Program-made: the position numbers and the translations under genes
Part shown: in pieces, positions 33,852-43,849 of the stretch
Layout of the letters: every line of letters starts with the position of its first letter
Numbering within the stretch: position 1 is the stretch's first letter
Virus genome (UHGV): UHGV-0144957
Direction: 5' to 3' (one strand)
Source of the DNA: a virus
DNA length: 50,831 bases
The notes under the pieces: model-generated
Seen by the model: only the letters and a program-made list of their open reading frames with translations
What the model was told of the DNA's origin: nothing
Database searches by the model: none

Positions 33852-35516
33852 ATGACCGCCGGTGAACTTGTCGTTTCTCTCATCCTCTCCGTAGGAGATT
33901 TTAAAGCGCAGGTGCAGGCCGCACAAAAGGGGCTGGACGGCGTGCAGGCCGCAGCCGTTGACGCGGGGCGCGACATAGCGGACGCCGCAAAAAGAGGAGG
34001 ACGCGGCCTTGATAATCTTGGCTCGGCTGCACGTTCTGCCGGAAAGGAACTCGAAGAGGCAGGGAATCGGGGCGCACTCAGTTTTGAAAATCTTAAGGGA
34101 ACACTTACGAAAGTTTTTGGAGTGATCGGCGGTGTTGCCTTCATCAAAAGCCAGCTCACAGAGTTTACCGACGCAGCTCTTGAAGTCGATACGGCGAGCA
34201 AGACTTTGGGGATGGACATCAAAGAGTTCCAAGGCTGGCAAAAAGCGGCGGAGAAAGTCGGGCTTGAGACGCAAGATCTGGTGCAGCTTTTCGGTGACGT
34301 CAGCGACCGGATGTATGATGCTGTCCTGCATGATGCAGGCCCGTTCAAAGACGCCGTCGAGGATATTGGGATTTCACTCAAGGGTGTCAAAGAAGGGGCC
34401 ACTTCTTCCGCGGATATGCTTTTACGTTTTGCAAAAGCTGTAGAAAAGATGCCGATGGACAAAGCCCACGGCCTTCTCACTCAGTACGGCTTCGATCCTG
34501 AGAGCATCAAGCTCATCATGATGGGGGAAAAAGAGCTTGAAAAGCTGATCAAAACGGGAAAGGAGAAGGCCCGTTTTGATCAGCAAGATATTGAGAACGC
34601 GAAAAAGTTATGGGAAGCGCAGCAGAGGCTTACTGCCGCTTGGCGCACCCTCTCTACTCTTTTTGTAAGTACAGTCTCCCCTGCGGTTACATTTTTAACT
34701 AACTTGTTTAGTGATCTCCTTGGGTGGGTGAAAGAAAACAAGCAGTTCGTGATCATCTTTTTCACAGCACTGGCTGGGGTCATCACTGGGCTTATGCTCC
34801 CGGCCTTAACCGCGATGGCAACGGCTGCATGGGCTGCAATTGCACCTTTTACACCGCTAATTGCAATCATCGGTGCCATCGGACTAGTTGTCGAAGATCT
34901 TATTACTTATATCCAAGGTGGAGAATCTGAACTTTCAAATTTGTGGTCAGTATTTGGATCTGGTGAAGAAATAGGGGAACAATTCAAATCATTATGGGAA
35001 GGTATAAAAAGTGTTCTTGAGAGTATCTGGGAGGCACTGAAAACCATTTCCAAGGTTTTCATACTCATCTTTTCGTTGACCGGGGAAGGGGTTATCGCGG
35101 CAATCGAAGGAATTTGGAAAGGTGTCACCAAGCTTTATGATACGCTTAGATCGATGCTGAATTGGGTAGCCCAAAAGCTCTACAATTTGCTTCCCGACTG
35201 GATCAAGGACTGGCTCGGCGGCGATGAGTCTTCACGACCGGAAGAAACGAAGGCCGAGGCCGCGCCCGGAGGCGTTGCCGATTCGATGCGGGTTGGTGAT
35301 GTCCGTCCGTCAATTCTGCCGCCGCAGGTGCGCGCCGGGGATGCGCGTCCGGGAAGTGTGAGCAACGTCAACAATTCTCGTCAAATGACGTCAACCACCA
35401 ACGTAGGTGAGGTCAAAATTTACACGCAGGCTACGGATGCTGAGGGAATAGCCGAAGGAGTGGTTCCGGCACTTCGCAATCAGACCGCGCAGGCAGACAG
35501 CGCATTCGGGTACTGA
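33852..35516 (+). CDS. tail tape measure protein
   Basis: Long alpha-helical protein with a central block of hydrophobic helices. GGAG-6-ATG at 33852, internal to the track ORF 33813. Confidence 0.75.
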   Translation: MTAGELVVSLILSVGDFKAQVQAAQKGLDGVQAAAVDAGRDIADAAKRGGRGLDNLGSAARSAGKELEEAGNRGALSFENLKGTLTKVFGVIGGVAFIKSQLTEFTDAALEVDTASKTLGMDIKEFQGWQKAAEKVGLETQDLVQLFGDVSDRMYDAVLHDAGPFKDAVEDIGISLKGVKEGATSSADMLLRFAKAVEKMPMDKAHGLLTQYGFDPESIKLIMMGEKELEKLIKTGKEKARFDQQDIENAKKLWEAQQRLTAAWRTLSTLFVSTVSPAVTFLTNLFSDLLGWVKENKQFVIIFFTALAGVITGLMLPALTAMATAAWAAIAPFTPLIAIIGAIGLVVEDLITYIQGGESELSNLWSVFGSGEEIGEQFKSLWEGIKSVLESIWEALKTISKVFILIFSLTGEGVIAAIEGIWKGVTKLYDTLRSMLNWVAQKLYNLLPDWIKDWLGGDESSRPEETKAEAAPGGVADSMRVGDVRPSILPPQVRAGDARPGSVSNVNNSRQMTSTTNVGEVKIYTQATDAEGIAEGVVPALRNQTAQADSAFGY

Positions 35517-35517
35517 C

Positions 35518-36075
35518 ATGGCATTCGGCGCGCTCCCGCCGGGACAGCCCGGCAACTGGTCGATTTTCGATAAAGACGGCGCCAAGGCCCTCAACTTTGA
35601 CACGTTCTTTTCGTGTTCGATCAAGGCCGAGAATAAAATCAGCTCCAACCCTGTCGAGAAAGGGAGTTTCGCGGATTACAACAAGGTCGCTTCTCCCACG
35701 GCGGTATCGGTCGTGTTGGGTCGTACGGGGAAGAGCGACGAGCTTGCGGCATTTCTGACGTCGCTGGACAAGCTGGCGGACAGCACCGACCTCGTGAGCA
35801 TCGTCACCCCGGAAAAGACGTTTCTCGACTACAATCTTGTCTCCTACGACTATGACCGTAAGGCTGAAAACGGCGTGGACAGGCTGCTTGTGGGGCTCAT
35901 GCTGCAAGAGATCCGGCAAGTCGAGCCGCAGTACAGCAATGAAAATATAAAGTCGATTAGTAAGGCGCAGGCCAAAAATCCGACCGACGCAAGCACGACC
36001 CCGGCAGGGAAACAGCAGGGGCAGACAACGCAAAAAAGCACACTGAAAAAGCTAAAAGAGGGGATTTTTGGATGA
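35518..36075 (+). CDS. tail/baseplate protein (185 aa)
   Basis: Position immediately after the tape measure gene (the Mu gp43 slot). Confidence 0.4.
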   Translation: MAFGALPPGQPGNWSIFDKDGAKALNFDTFFSCSIKAENKISSNPVEKGSFADYNKVASPTAVSVVLGRTGKSDELAAFLTSLDKLADSTDLVSIVTPEKTFLDYNLVSYDYDRKAENGVDRLLVGLMLQEIRQVEPQYSNENIKSISKAQAKNPTDASTTPAGKQQGQTTQKSTLKKLKEGIFG

Positions 36076-36374
36076 TGACCGTACCGCTCCGGCAGGAGCC
36101 GAACCAGTCACTCCAGATCGTGCTCGGTGAACAGAACTGCACCCTCCGGTTCATCTCCAGAGGCGTGAACCTGTACTGCGACCTTGCCGTTGACCAGACG
36201 GTCATTTGGTCGGGGTTCATCTGCCGCAACCTCGTCGGCTTGAAGCTGTATGACTATCTCGCCTTCCGGGGGCAGCTCTACTTTGTCGATATGCAGGGAG
36301 AAGAGGATCCGCACTGGTCGGGACTCGGCGACCGATTCCAGCTCGTTTATGTGGAAGAGGGGGAAACGCTGTGA
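36072..36374 (+). CDS. small baseplate-associated protein (100 aa)
   Basis: ATGA overlap on both sides. Confidence 0.35.
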   Translation: MMTVPLRQEPNQSLQIVLGEQNCTLRFISRGVNLYCDLAVDQTVIWSGFICRNLVGLKLYDYLAFRGQLYFVDMQGEEDPHWSGLGDRFQLVYVEEGETL

Positions 36375-37273
36375 ATACGAGCTTCACCAAAAAGCTGCTT
36401 GAAGCGCACATTACGCTCGCCGAGGGCGGCTTCAACACGGCTACCGGGCAAGGTGCGAACACCAAGATCATCCGGCTCGGCATGGATGTGGACATCCAGA
36501 AGCCCGGTGGGAAAGAGAAGAACAAGGCCAAGGTCAAAATTTTCAACATGCCATTGGCGGACATGGAAACGCTGACGACGCTGGCGTTCAAGCCGCTGCA
36601 GGCGTCGAAAAACCGTATTGCCGTGTACGCGGGCGACGAAGCGCACGGGCTGTCTTTGGCCTTTTCCGGCGACATCGTGAGCGCCGTCCCGAACTTCAAT
36701 TCCGCCCCTGATCCCTCTTTCGATATTGAGTGCATCACGGGATACGTCGCCAGCATCACGCCCGTACCGCCGTTGACGGCGCAGGGTTCGCAGGACGTTG
36801 CAACGCTCATGCGGGGGCTCGCGAAACAAATGGGGCTGGCTTTCGTCAACCGGGGCGTGTCCGTTTCCCTTCGCAATGTCGCCCTCGTCGGGGGGCCGAT
36901 GGAGCAGGCGCAGCGGCTTGCCCACGACGCCCGCATCGATCTTATCGTCGACGACGGCGAGATGGTCATCTCCCCGCCAGCGACGCTCCGCAGCGATGAC
37001 GGCGGCTCGACGCCCGTGTGGTCTGCGAAAAGCGGGATGCTCGGCTATCCGAGCTTCGACAACGAGGGCGTGACGGTAAAAGGCATCTACGAGCCGAAAC
37101 TCCAAATCGGGGGCCCGGTGCGCATTGAGAGCATCGTCCCCCGCGCGTCCGGCCTCTGGCAGATCGTGAGCCTGAGCCATAAGCTCCAGGCCGGATACCC
37201 CGGTGCAACGCAGTGGGTGAGCCAGATCAAGGCGAGCTACCCCGGCGCGAAACCGAAGAAGGACAAGGAATAA
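36371..37273 (+). CDS. baseplate hub protein (P2 gpD / Mu gp44-like)
   Basis: 300 aa. The C-terminal LWQIVSLSHKLQAGYPGATQWVSQIKASYPG is gpD-like. Called from position and motif. Confidence 0.45.
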   Translation: MNTSFTKKLLEAHITLAEGGFNTATGQGANTKIIRLGMDVDIQKPGGKEKNKAKVKIFNMPLADMETLTTLAFKPLQASKNRIAVYAGDEAHGLSLAFSGDIVSAVPNFNSAPDPSFDIECITGYVASITPVPPLTAQGSQDVATLMRGLAKQMGLAFVNRGVSVSLRNVALVGGPMEQAQRLAHDARIDLIVDDGEMVISPPATLRSDDGGSTPVWSAKSGMLGYPSFDNEGVTVKGIYEPKLQIGGPVRIESIVPRASGLWQIVSLSHKLQAGYPGATQWVSQIKASYPGAKPKKDKE

Positions 37274-37995
37274 TGCAGGGACAACGCGGCCTCTCGACAA
37301 ACTCCAGCGAGTACAACGCGCAGGACTTCATGATCCGGCAGCTCATCGGCCAGATTGCTACGGCTGAACCCGTGCGCGTGGTCGCCATATCCGGTTCGGG
37401 CATCTCCCCGGTCGGCTTCGTCGATGTGCAGCCCCTCGTCAACCTCGTGACCGGCGAGCGGAAGGTGCAGGAGCAGAGCGTGCTCTTCAAGCTCCCATAC
37501 CTGCGCATCCAAGGCGGGAAAAACGCCCTCGTCGTCGACCCGCAGCCGGGCGACATCGGCCTCGCCGTCTATGCCATGCGCGACACGGAATCGCTCAAGG
37601 AAAGCCGGGGGAAGGACGGGAACGTCAATCCGGGATCGGCGCGCTCACTGAGTAAAGGCGACGGCTTCTACCTCGGCGGTTTTCTGAACGATGCGCCGGA
37701 ACGCTATGTGCTGGTCGACGACGAGGGCGTCACCATCGAAGGCGTGGCAAAATTGACGATGCACGGGGAAACCTCAGTCCTGACGGCGGAAAGCGGCCTC
37801 ACGATCAACGCCGACGTGCGCATTAACGGCAGCCTCACATGGACGGGCACGGCGCAGGGCGACGGCGGCCCGGCCCGGTTCTCCGGCGGCCTCACGAACG
37901 CGGGCGGCACGGTTGAGAGCAATGGCAAGGTCTTGGAAACGCACGTTCATACCGGGGTAGAACCCGGATCCGGCATATCCGGTCAACCGCAATAA
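37273..37995 (+). CDS. baseplate spike protein (gpV / Mu gp45-like)
   Basis: TAATG overlap. It has an N-terminal OB-like region and a C-terminal Gly-rich beta-helix-like region (GTAQGDGGPARFSGGLTNAGGTVESNGKVLETHVHTG). Confidence 0.5.
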   Translation: MQGQRGLSTNSSEYNAQDFMIRQLIGQIATAEPVRVVAISGSGISPVGFVDVQPLVNLVTGERKVQEQSVLFKLPYLRIQGGKNALVVDPQPGDIGLAVYAMRDTESLKESRGKDGNVNPGSARSLSKGDGFYLGGFLNDAPERYVLVDDEGVTIEGVAKLTMHGETSVLTAESGLTINADVRINGSLTWTGTAQGDGGPARFSGGLTNAGGTVESNGKVLETHVHTGVEPGSGISGQPQ

Positions 37996-38005
37996 AGGAA
38001 AATTT

Positions 38006-39343
38006 ATGCCCGATTTTCAGTACCAGCCCCCGACAGGACCGCTGTCCGGCAGCGAGTTCGAGAGACAAACCACACGGTTCTTTCAACAGGTGCAGGGAGC
38101 CGCAGGCGCAGCGCAGTCTGCCGCATCTGCGGCACAGGTTAAGGCAAATAAGGCACTTGAGCGCGCCCAAGCCCCAAACCTCGTCGATGGAAAGACTACG
38201 CAGGCTGACGCAAGCGGTAAGATCACCGTGAAGGATGTGGCGATAGGCGGGGACGCGTCGGATCTGGCGAGTGCGAGAGGGTTCTTCTACGATAACTATG
38301 TACCTTGGTATGCCGGTACTCCGGCAGACACGTATTTGATCACTGATTTTAACGAGTTTACGAAGCCCGGACGTTACCATATCCGCTGGCGTGAGGGATC
38401 GCCCGCGAGCACTGGCGAAGAAGTAACTGCAAATAACCCAAATTTGGGAAATGGGGCAGGGGGATGGTTCGACGCTATCTTAGAGATAGACGGCCTATTA
38501 CCCGCTTTATATGTCACAAGTAACGCACGTATTGTACAGCGAGTTATAGTAACGAATACCGTCAACAACCAAAATAACCGTATAGCGAGCCGATTACATG
38601 CTGGCAATACTTGGTATCCTTGGAAAGTTACAACGCTCAATTCGGACTTTGGCGACGGCCTGCGTATCACTAATTATAAAATTTCTGTGCCTGAGATGGA
38701 AGGAGCTACAGCTTCGGCCAATGGCGTGTCTGGCCTCGTCCCGCCTCCGTTGAAAGCAGATCTTGGGAAGTCTCTTGGAGCCAACGGAGAGTGGACGTAT
38801 CCGGCAGATGTGGCGGTTGGCGGGGATGTGAACGATCTGGCGAGTATGCGGGGACAGATCGGGCAAGCACGAGAACTTGGGGATAACGTAGACTACAATA
38901 CGGTTGTCGAAGCCGGGTTTTACTTAATAAATGCGAATGGCAGTGTGAACGCCCCGTTCGCTGGAAATGCATTCTTCCTGCAAGTTTTTCGTAGTAAAAA
39001 AGACACGCTCAACAAGAATTTTTATCAGATAGCATATAACTATTCATCGGCAAGAGAAAGGACCTTCATCAGGCAGTATCGCACAGCGAGCAAAGATTGG
39101 TCTCCCTGGTCAGAGAGCTTGACGTCTTCCAATACCGGCGACGGCATCACTGTGAATAACGGTATCATCTCCGTGCCCGAATATGAAGGCGCGACGACTT
39201 CGGCCGCCGGAACCTCCGGCCTTGTGCCCCCCGCAGCCGCCGGACAAGCCGACTATGTGCTTTGCGGCGACGGTGAATGGCGCGACATCAAGACGCTTGT
39301 CGCCGCTGCACAGGCCCGGCTTGCAGACGAGAAAACATCATGA
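38006..39343 (+). CDS. fiber-like protein with internal ~200-aa duplication
   Basis: Repeated blocks VAIGGDASDLASARG / VAVGGDVNDLASMRG and VPEMEGATASANGVSGLVPPP / VPEYEGATTSAAGTSGLVPPA. The gene contains AT-rich patches. Confidence 0.5.
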   Translation: MPDFQYQPPTGPLSGSEFERQTTRFFQQVQGAAGAAQSAASAAQVKANKALERAQAPNLVDGKTTQADASGKITVKDVAIGGDASDLASARGFFYDNYVPWYAGTPADTYLITDFNEFTKPGRYHIRWREGSPASTGEEVTANNPNLGNGAGGWFDAILEIDGLLPALYVTSNARIVQRVIVTNTVNNQNNRIASRLHAGNTWYPWKVTTLNSDFGDGLRITNYKISVPEMEGATASANGVSGLVPPPLKADLGKSLGANGEWTYPADVAVGGDVNDLASMRGQIGQARELGDNVDYNTVVEAGFYLINANGSVNAPFAGNAFFLQVFRSKKDTLNKNFYQIAYNYSSARERTFIRQYRTASKDWSPWSESLTSSNTGDGITVNNGIISVPEYEGATTSAAGTSGLVPPAAAGQADYVLCGDGEWRDIKTLVAAAQARLADEKTS

Positions 39344-39780
39344 ATTTCCGAGCTGTTTTGAATATCCGCGCGCTCTCCAATATTCGTGATGAAGCACAAG
39401 CGCAATCTATAGCCGAAGAGACAGATTTTGGACTCCGTTCATTACGGCTTGATGATACGTGGGATTTGACGCTCTCCGCAGGGGGCGATCTTGCTTCGGC
39501 GGGGGGGACTGTGCGCATCGTGCAGGATGTGGCCTCGTATGTACGCACGTTTCAAGGAGAACCGTACTACGCGCAGCAAGACGGCATACCGTATTTTATA
39601 CGTGAGCTTGGCTCCCTTCCCCCCGCCGAACTCGTTCGGGCGCGCTCAAATGCCCGTGCGCTTGAAGTACCCGGCGTAGCGCAGGCCAACACGCAGCTTT
39701 CCCGGCTTGAAAAACGCATCTTGAGCGGGACGATCCGCATCACTACAGAGACGGGGGAAACCGCAGATGTCACAGTCTAG
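39340..39780 (+). CDS. baseplate protein (Mu gp46-like)
   Basis: 146 aa, immediately upstream of the baseplate J gene. ATGA overlap. Confidence 0.4.
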   Translation: MNFRAVLNIRALSNIRDEAQAQSIAEETDFGLRSLRLDDTWDLTLSAGGDLASAGGTVRIVQDVASYVRTFQGEPYYAQQDGIPYFIRELGSLPPAELVRARSNARALEVPGVAQANTQLSRLEKRILSGTIRITTETGETADVTV

Positions 39781-41020
39781 CATCGATTTTACCGAAAACG
39801 GCCCGGTCGTCCCCGATACCGCAACCGTCCGGGACGCCGTTGAAACGGACTGGCAGGCGGCCTTTGGCAATCGGCTGAACCCGGATCCGGCAACGCCGCA
39901 GGGGCAGCTCATCACGTCCGAAACGGCCATCGTACAGGACAAGAACAGCCAGTTGCTTTTCTTGGCGGGCATGTTCAACCCGGAGACTGCGGAAGGCATC
40001 TATCAAGACGCGCTCGCCAAGATTTACTTTCTGACCCGGCAGCCCTCCCGCCCCACGGTTGTCCCCTGCACCTGCACGGGGCTTCCCGGCACCGTTATCC
40101 CCGGCACCGACAGCGACGCCCCGGCGCTTGCAAAGGATGCGGACGGGAACATCTTGGTCTGTCAGACAGGCGGCACGATCCCCCAATCCGGCAGCATTGT
40201 CCTTAATTTTGCCTGTCAGGTTCCGGGGCCCATTGAAATCCGGCAGGGAACCGTGACCACGATCGTGCGGACTATCCCCGGATGGGACACGATCACCAAT
40301 GACGCCGGGATTACCGGACAGAACGTCGAGAGCCGGGCGGCATTCGAGGCCCGGCGCTACGCCAGCGTCGCGAAGAACGCCCGGAGCGTCGCGGCTGCCG
40401 TCTATGCCAACGTCGGCGATCTGGATGGCGTGCTTGACGTCTGTGTACGCGAGAACAAAACCAGCGCGCCGCTTGAAGTGCAGGGCATCACGCTCAAGCC
40501 TCACTCGATTTACGTTGCGGTCGTCGGCAGCGCGGCGGATAGTGATATTGCAGAGGCCATCTATGCCCGGTGTTCCGCCGGATGCGACTACAACGGCAAC
40601 ACCAGCGTGACCGTGACCGATCCGCTGACCGGAGCAGTGGAAACGGTGCTCTTCGAGCGCCCGGAATCGCTTCCGGTGGGTATTCGGGTTACTATCCGCA
40701 AAAACGCCTCGATGCCGAGCAACGTTGAGGAACTCATCAAGGCCGCTGTTGTCGCAGAATTTTACGGAGAAAACGCCGATGCCTGCGGAAATGCTGGGCA
40801 GCGGGTGCGTATCGGGGACACGGTGTACGCCAGCCGTTTTTATTCGGCGGTGCTCGGAACGGGCGTCACCGACTTGGTGAGCATCGAAATCGCGGCGCCC
40901 GTCGGTGAAGGCTCCCAAACATGGGGCGACTACATCACCATCAATATAGATGAAGCCCCCACGCTCGTCTCCGGCAACGTCACGGTGAACATTCTTGAGG
41001 CGAGGTCAGGACGTGGATAA
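39767..41020 (+). CDS. baseplate J-like protein (Mu gp47 / P2 gpJ family)
   Basis: 417 aa. The N-terminal region is typical of Baseplate_J. Confidence 0.75.
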   Translation: MSQSSIDFTENGPVVPDTATVRDAVETDWQAAFGNRLNPDPATPQGQLITSETAIVQDKNSQLLFLAGMFNPETAEGIYQDALAKIYFLTRQPSRPTVVPCTCTGLPGTVIPGTDSDAPALAKDADGNILVCQTGGTIPQSGSIVLNFACQVPGPIEIRQGTVTTIVRTIPGWDTITNDAGITGQNVESRAAFEARRYASVAKNARSVAAAVYANVGDLDGVLDVCVRENKTSAPLEVQGITLKPHSIYVAVVGSAADSDIAEAIYARCSAGCDYNGNTSVTVTDPLTGAVETVLFERPESLPVGIRVTIRKNASMPSNVEELIKAAVVAEFYGENADACGNAGQRVRIGDTVYASRFYSAVLGTGVTDLVSIEIAAPVGEGSQTWGDYITINIDEAPTLVSGNVTVNILEARSGRG

Positions 41021-41678
41021 CTGGCGCGAAACGATACTTTCGCAGTACGACAACTCGGAACGGCTGCTGGCGCTCATCGAATCGATGAATACCGCCATTG
41101 AGCCCACGGCGGATATTGCGGCGTTCTATGAGTCCGTCTTTGACCCCGAAACGGCGTTCGGATGGGGGCTTGACGTATGGGGGCGCATCGTCGCCATCCC
41201 CCGGACGCTTGAAGTGGAGGCGACGGACATCAAACCGTTCGGTTTTACGGGATCAAACCTCAGCAACTTCGGGCACGGCCCGTTTGCTTACGAGAGCAAG
41301 TCGAACACCTTTGTCTTGCAAGACAATGCGTACCGGCTTTTGATCTGGATGAAGGCCGCTTCAAACGTCACCGACGGTAGCCTCCTTGATCTGAACAAGA
41401 TCGTCCACTGGCTTTTTTCTGAGCGTGGACACATCGCCGTCGTGCATGTCGGTACAATGAAAATCCGCTACGTCATCGGGTTCAAGCTCCAGCCGTACGA
41501 ACGGGCGCTTCTCCTGCGCGATGACGTTCCCCCAAAGCCGGCTGGCGTCGGCTATGACGTTTATCAGGTCATCCCAAAGCATACTTGGGGATTCGCCGGT
41601 TCCGGCGGACGAAATTTCAATAACGGCGTTTTTCAGCCGTATGGAGGCCCTGTAGATGCCTATTCCCTCAACGCCTAG
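41013..41678 (+). CDS. tail protein, DUF2313 (Mu gp48 / P2 gpI-like)
   Basis: GTG start overlapping the baseplate J stop. 221 aa. Conserved position. Confidence 0.55.
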   Translation: MDNWRETILSQYDNSERLLALIESMNTAIEPTADIAAFYESVFDPETAFGWGLDVWGRIVAIPRTLEVEATDIKPFGFTGSNLSNFGHGPFAYESKSNTFVLQDNAYRLLIWMKAASNVTDGSLLDLNKIVHWLFSERGHIAVVHVGTMKIRYVIGFKLQPYERALLLRDDVPPKPAGVGYDVYQVIPKHTWGFAGSGGRNFNNGVFQPYGGPVDAYSLNA

Positions 41679-42702
41679 CATCATGCCCAACGTCTTGGGA
41701 TATGCAGCGGATACCGTGCAGCTCCCTGAAACAACCCCCACAGGTCAAGGCATTCCTTCTTTCCGGGATCTCTTTCCTGTCATCACGCAAGTCGACCCCG
41801 ACGCGGGCGGCGTCATGGTCGAACGGGTATGGATGAATGCGCTTTTCAACCTGCTGGGGCAGCACGCCTTTTTCCAGCAATCCGGCTGCGTCTACCCGTG
41901 GCAGGCGACACTTGATTATATCGCCGGATGCCATGTGCTCGGAAGCAATGGTGTGGAGTACATCGCTTTGCAGTCGTCTGGACCTGACATATCCGCAGGA
42001 GCAAAAGATCCCGTTCAGGAAGCGAACCGTACGTACTGGGTTTCTCTCACGTCTTTTGTCTCTAGAGGTTTCGTTCCGAATTCACGGAAGGTCATCGCAG
42101 GAACAGGACTTTCAGGCGGGGGGGCGCTTTCAAACGATATAACCATCTCTCTATCTAAAACGAATAGCGCGAATATTGATGCCGCTGAAGCGTTACGCAA
42201 GACATGGATCGGTATTCCCCGCCCGTGGCGCAGTACGGCGCTGCCAGACGGTTTTGTGTGGGCCGACGGCGGACTCGTTCTTTTTGAAGACTACCCCGAA
42301 CTCGAAGAGGTGTATAATTCCGGTGGGTTTGCAGGGATGTTGCTCGACTGGAATGCCACGGAAGAGATTATCGCAGCAAACCTTGGCAAGTGGCGTCCTA
42401 ATGCGTCTAACCCCACAGGAGTATATACTCCTTTTTGTGGCGGTCAGTTTTCCCGCGCCTGGGTGCCCGGACAAAGCATGGACGCGGGGCGGGAAGCGGG
42501 CTCGTTTCAGCGTGACGAACTTAAGGCGCATGCCCACAGATACGGTTACGTAGGAGATACAAACGGTTTTCATACTGATCCAATAGATACGGCTTTCTTT
42601 TATTCTGGAGATGCATGGGCCACTACATCGACGGGAGGAAGCGAAACGAGGCCGATGAATATCGCACAGCCTTATGCCATTTATCTTGGTGTAATCAAAT
42701 AG
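41656..42702 (+). CDS. tail fiber protein with C-terminal phage tail-collar domain
   Basis: C-terminal ...GIPRPWRSTALPDGFVWADGGLV...GGSETRPMNIAQPYAIYLGVIK matches the tail-collar fiber domain signature (ETRPxN...I). Confidence 0.7.
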   Translation: MPIPSTPSIMPNVLGYAADTVQLPETTPTGQGIPSFRDLFPVITQVDPDAGGVMVERVWMNALFNLLGQHAFFQQSGCVYPWQATLDYIAGCHVLGSNGVEYIALQSSGPDISAGAKDPVQEANRTYWVSLTSFVSRGFVPNSRKVIAGTGLSGGGALSNDITISLSKTNSANIDAAEALRKTWIGIPRPWRSTALPDGFVWADGGLVLFEDYPELEEVYNSGGFAGMLLDWNATEEIIAANLGKWRPNASNPTGVYTPFCGGQFSRAWVPGQSMDAGREAGSFQRDELKAHAHRYGYVGDTNGFHTDPIDTAFFYSGDAWATTSTGGSETRPMNIAQPYAIYLGVIK

Positions 42703-42726
42703 TTTTTTATATAATGACAGGTGATG

Positions 42727-43334
42727 CTATGAACACAATTCCCAAATTGTATTTGTATGATCCAAAGACAAAAGAACTGCTCGGCCAGCGAGACGCAGCC
42801 GCACGTCCCCGTGAGCGTGGCTATATCTTGCAAGCCACGTTTGCCACGCCAGTTGTCCCACCTGACGTACCGGATGGCTACGTAGCGCGCTGGACTGGTG
42901 AGGTGTGGAAGGTGGTGGAAGATCACCGTCAACATATGGATGATATCGGTCGGAAAGAAGGCGGGACGCCGTACTGGCTTCCCGGTGATACGTGGCGTTC
43001 AGAGCCCCGGTATATGGATGAGCTTGGGCCGCTCCCGGAAAACGCCTTGCTTGAGCGCCCCGAGCGCCCGCTCGGTGAATACAAGGCTGATAAACGGCGG
43101 GAGATCGCCGCGGGCTATACGGCGGCACTGACGGCAACCCTGACTATGCCCGCCGAATCCCCGTCCGCGGCGGAAGTGGCGACGGGAGCAGCGCTTTTCG
43201 CTGTTGACGACGCCGAGGGGCTTGCCGACGTGCAGACGATCTTGATCGCGAGGAGGGGCGAGTTGTTGGCGGCGGTGGATGCGGCAGCCAACAGGGAAGA
43301 GCTTAATGAAATTGTCATAGAATATCCGGTTTGA
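42727..43334 (+). CDS. tail fiber assembly protein (Tfa/gp38-like chaperone)
   Basis: RBS AGGTGA 6 nt upstream. 202 aa. It lies downstream of the fiber gene. The N-terminal KLYLYDPKTKELLG is typical. Confidence 0.6.
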
Positions 43335-43383
43335 TCATATTTCTCCAGTACGGTACTCTCCGCTCCCAAAAAGGAGAGAAGCT

Positions 43384-43614
43384 ATGCCCTTGCCAATGCC
43401 CGAAGAAGAGGAAAACTTGCGCTGCCCGCACGGTGAACGCTACCAAGCCTTAATGCTGTGCTCTCTGGACTGTGCAACAAGTGGTGCCCACCCAGACAGA
43501 AAAACAAAGGCCGATGGGCGGTTCATCATCACGCCGTGGTGGTGTCTGCACAAATGCAAATGGCTGCCTGAGCACAGAGACGAGATCAGGTTTGTGGTGA
43601 AAAAGCCTGAGTGA
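43384..43614 (+). CDS. cysteine-rich hypothetical protein (76 aa)
   Basis: Strong RBS AAAAGGAGAGAAGCT-ATG. Last gene before the terminator and att region. Confidence 0.45.
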   Translation: MPLPMPEEEENLRCPHGERYQALMLCSLDCATSGAHPDRKTKADGRFIITPWWCLHKCKWLPEHRDEIRFVVKKPE

Positions 43615-43627
43615 AGGCACAAAAAAA

Positions 43628-43662
43628 TCCCCCTCCCGGCGTGAACCGAGAGGGGAATTTTT
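43628..43662 (+). terminator. rho-independent terminator ending the late operon
   Basis: CCCCTC-CCGGCGTGAACCGA-GAGGGG stem-loop followed by AATTTTT. Confidence 0.6.
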
Positions 43663-43686
43663 CTATGCGTGATTCTATGCGTGATT
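43663..43686 (+). repeat. arm-type site pair, left of the att core (CTATGCGTGATT x2 tandem)
   Basis: The same 12-mer pair recurs at 43893-43916, on the other side of the tRNA fragment. Confidence 0.55.
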
Positions 43687-43801
43687 TACTTTGTATATTG
43701 ATGTGGTATATACCAGTCTATACCATAAAATATAGTGTTTTTAGGTAAATATGGACATATACATCCCTATGCACAAGATTGGAAATCGTGTGTACTCAAA
43801 A

Positions 43802-43835
43802 GGTACCGGGAGTTCGAATCTCCCCCTCTCCGCCA
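43802..43835 (+). other. att core: 3' 34 nt of a tRNA-Ser gene (T-arm + acceptor 3' strand + CCA), no 5' half present
   Basis: GGTACCGGGAGTTCGAATCTCCCCCTCTCCGCCA compares with the canonical tRNA-Ser 3' end ...GGGGGTTCGAATCCCCCCCTCTCCGCCA. No complementary 5' acceptor strand lies upstream. Confidence 0.6.
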
Positions 43836-43849
43836 GAAATTTTAAGGGC

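Noticed and set aside
43740-43835. A complete tRNA-Ser gene at the att site
   Set aside because: Only the T-arm and acceptor 3' strand are present. No GGAGAGG-type 5' acceptor strand or D-arm is found upstream, so it is a fragment (att core).
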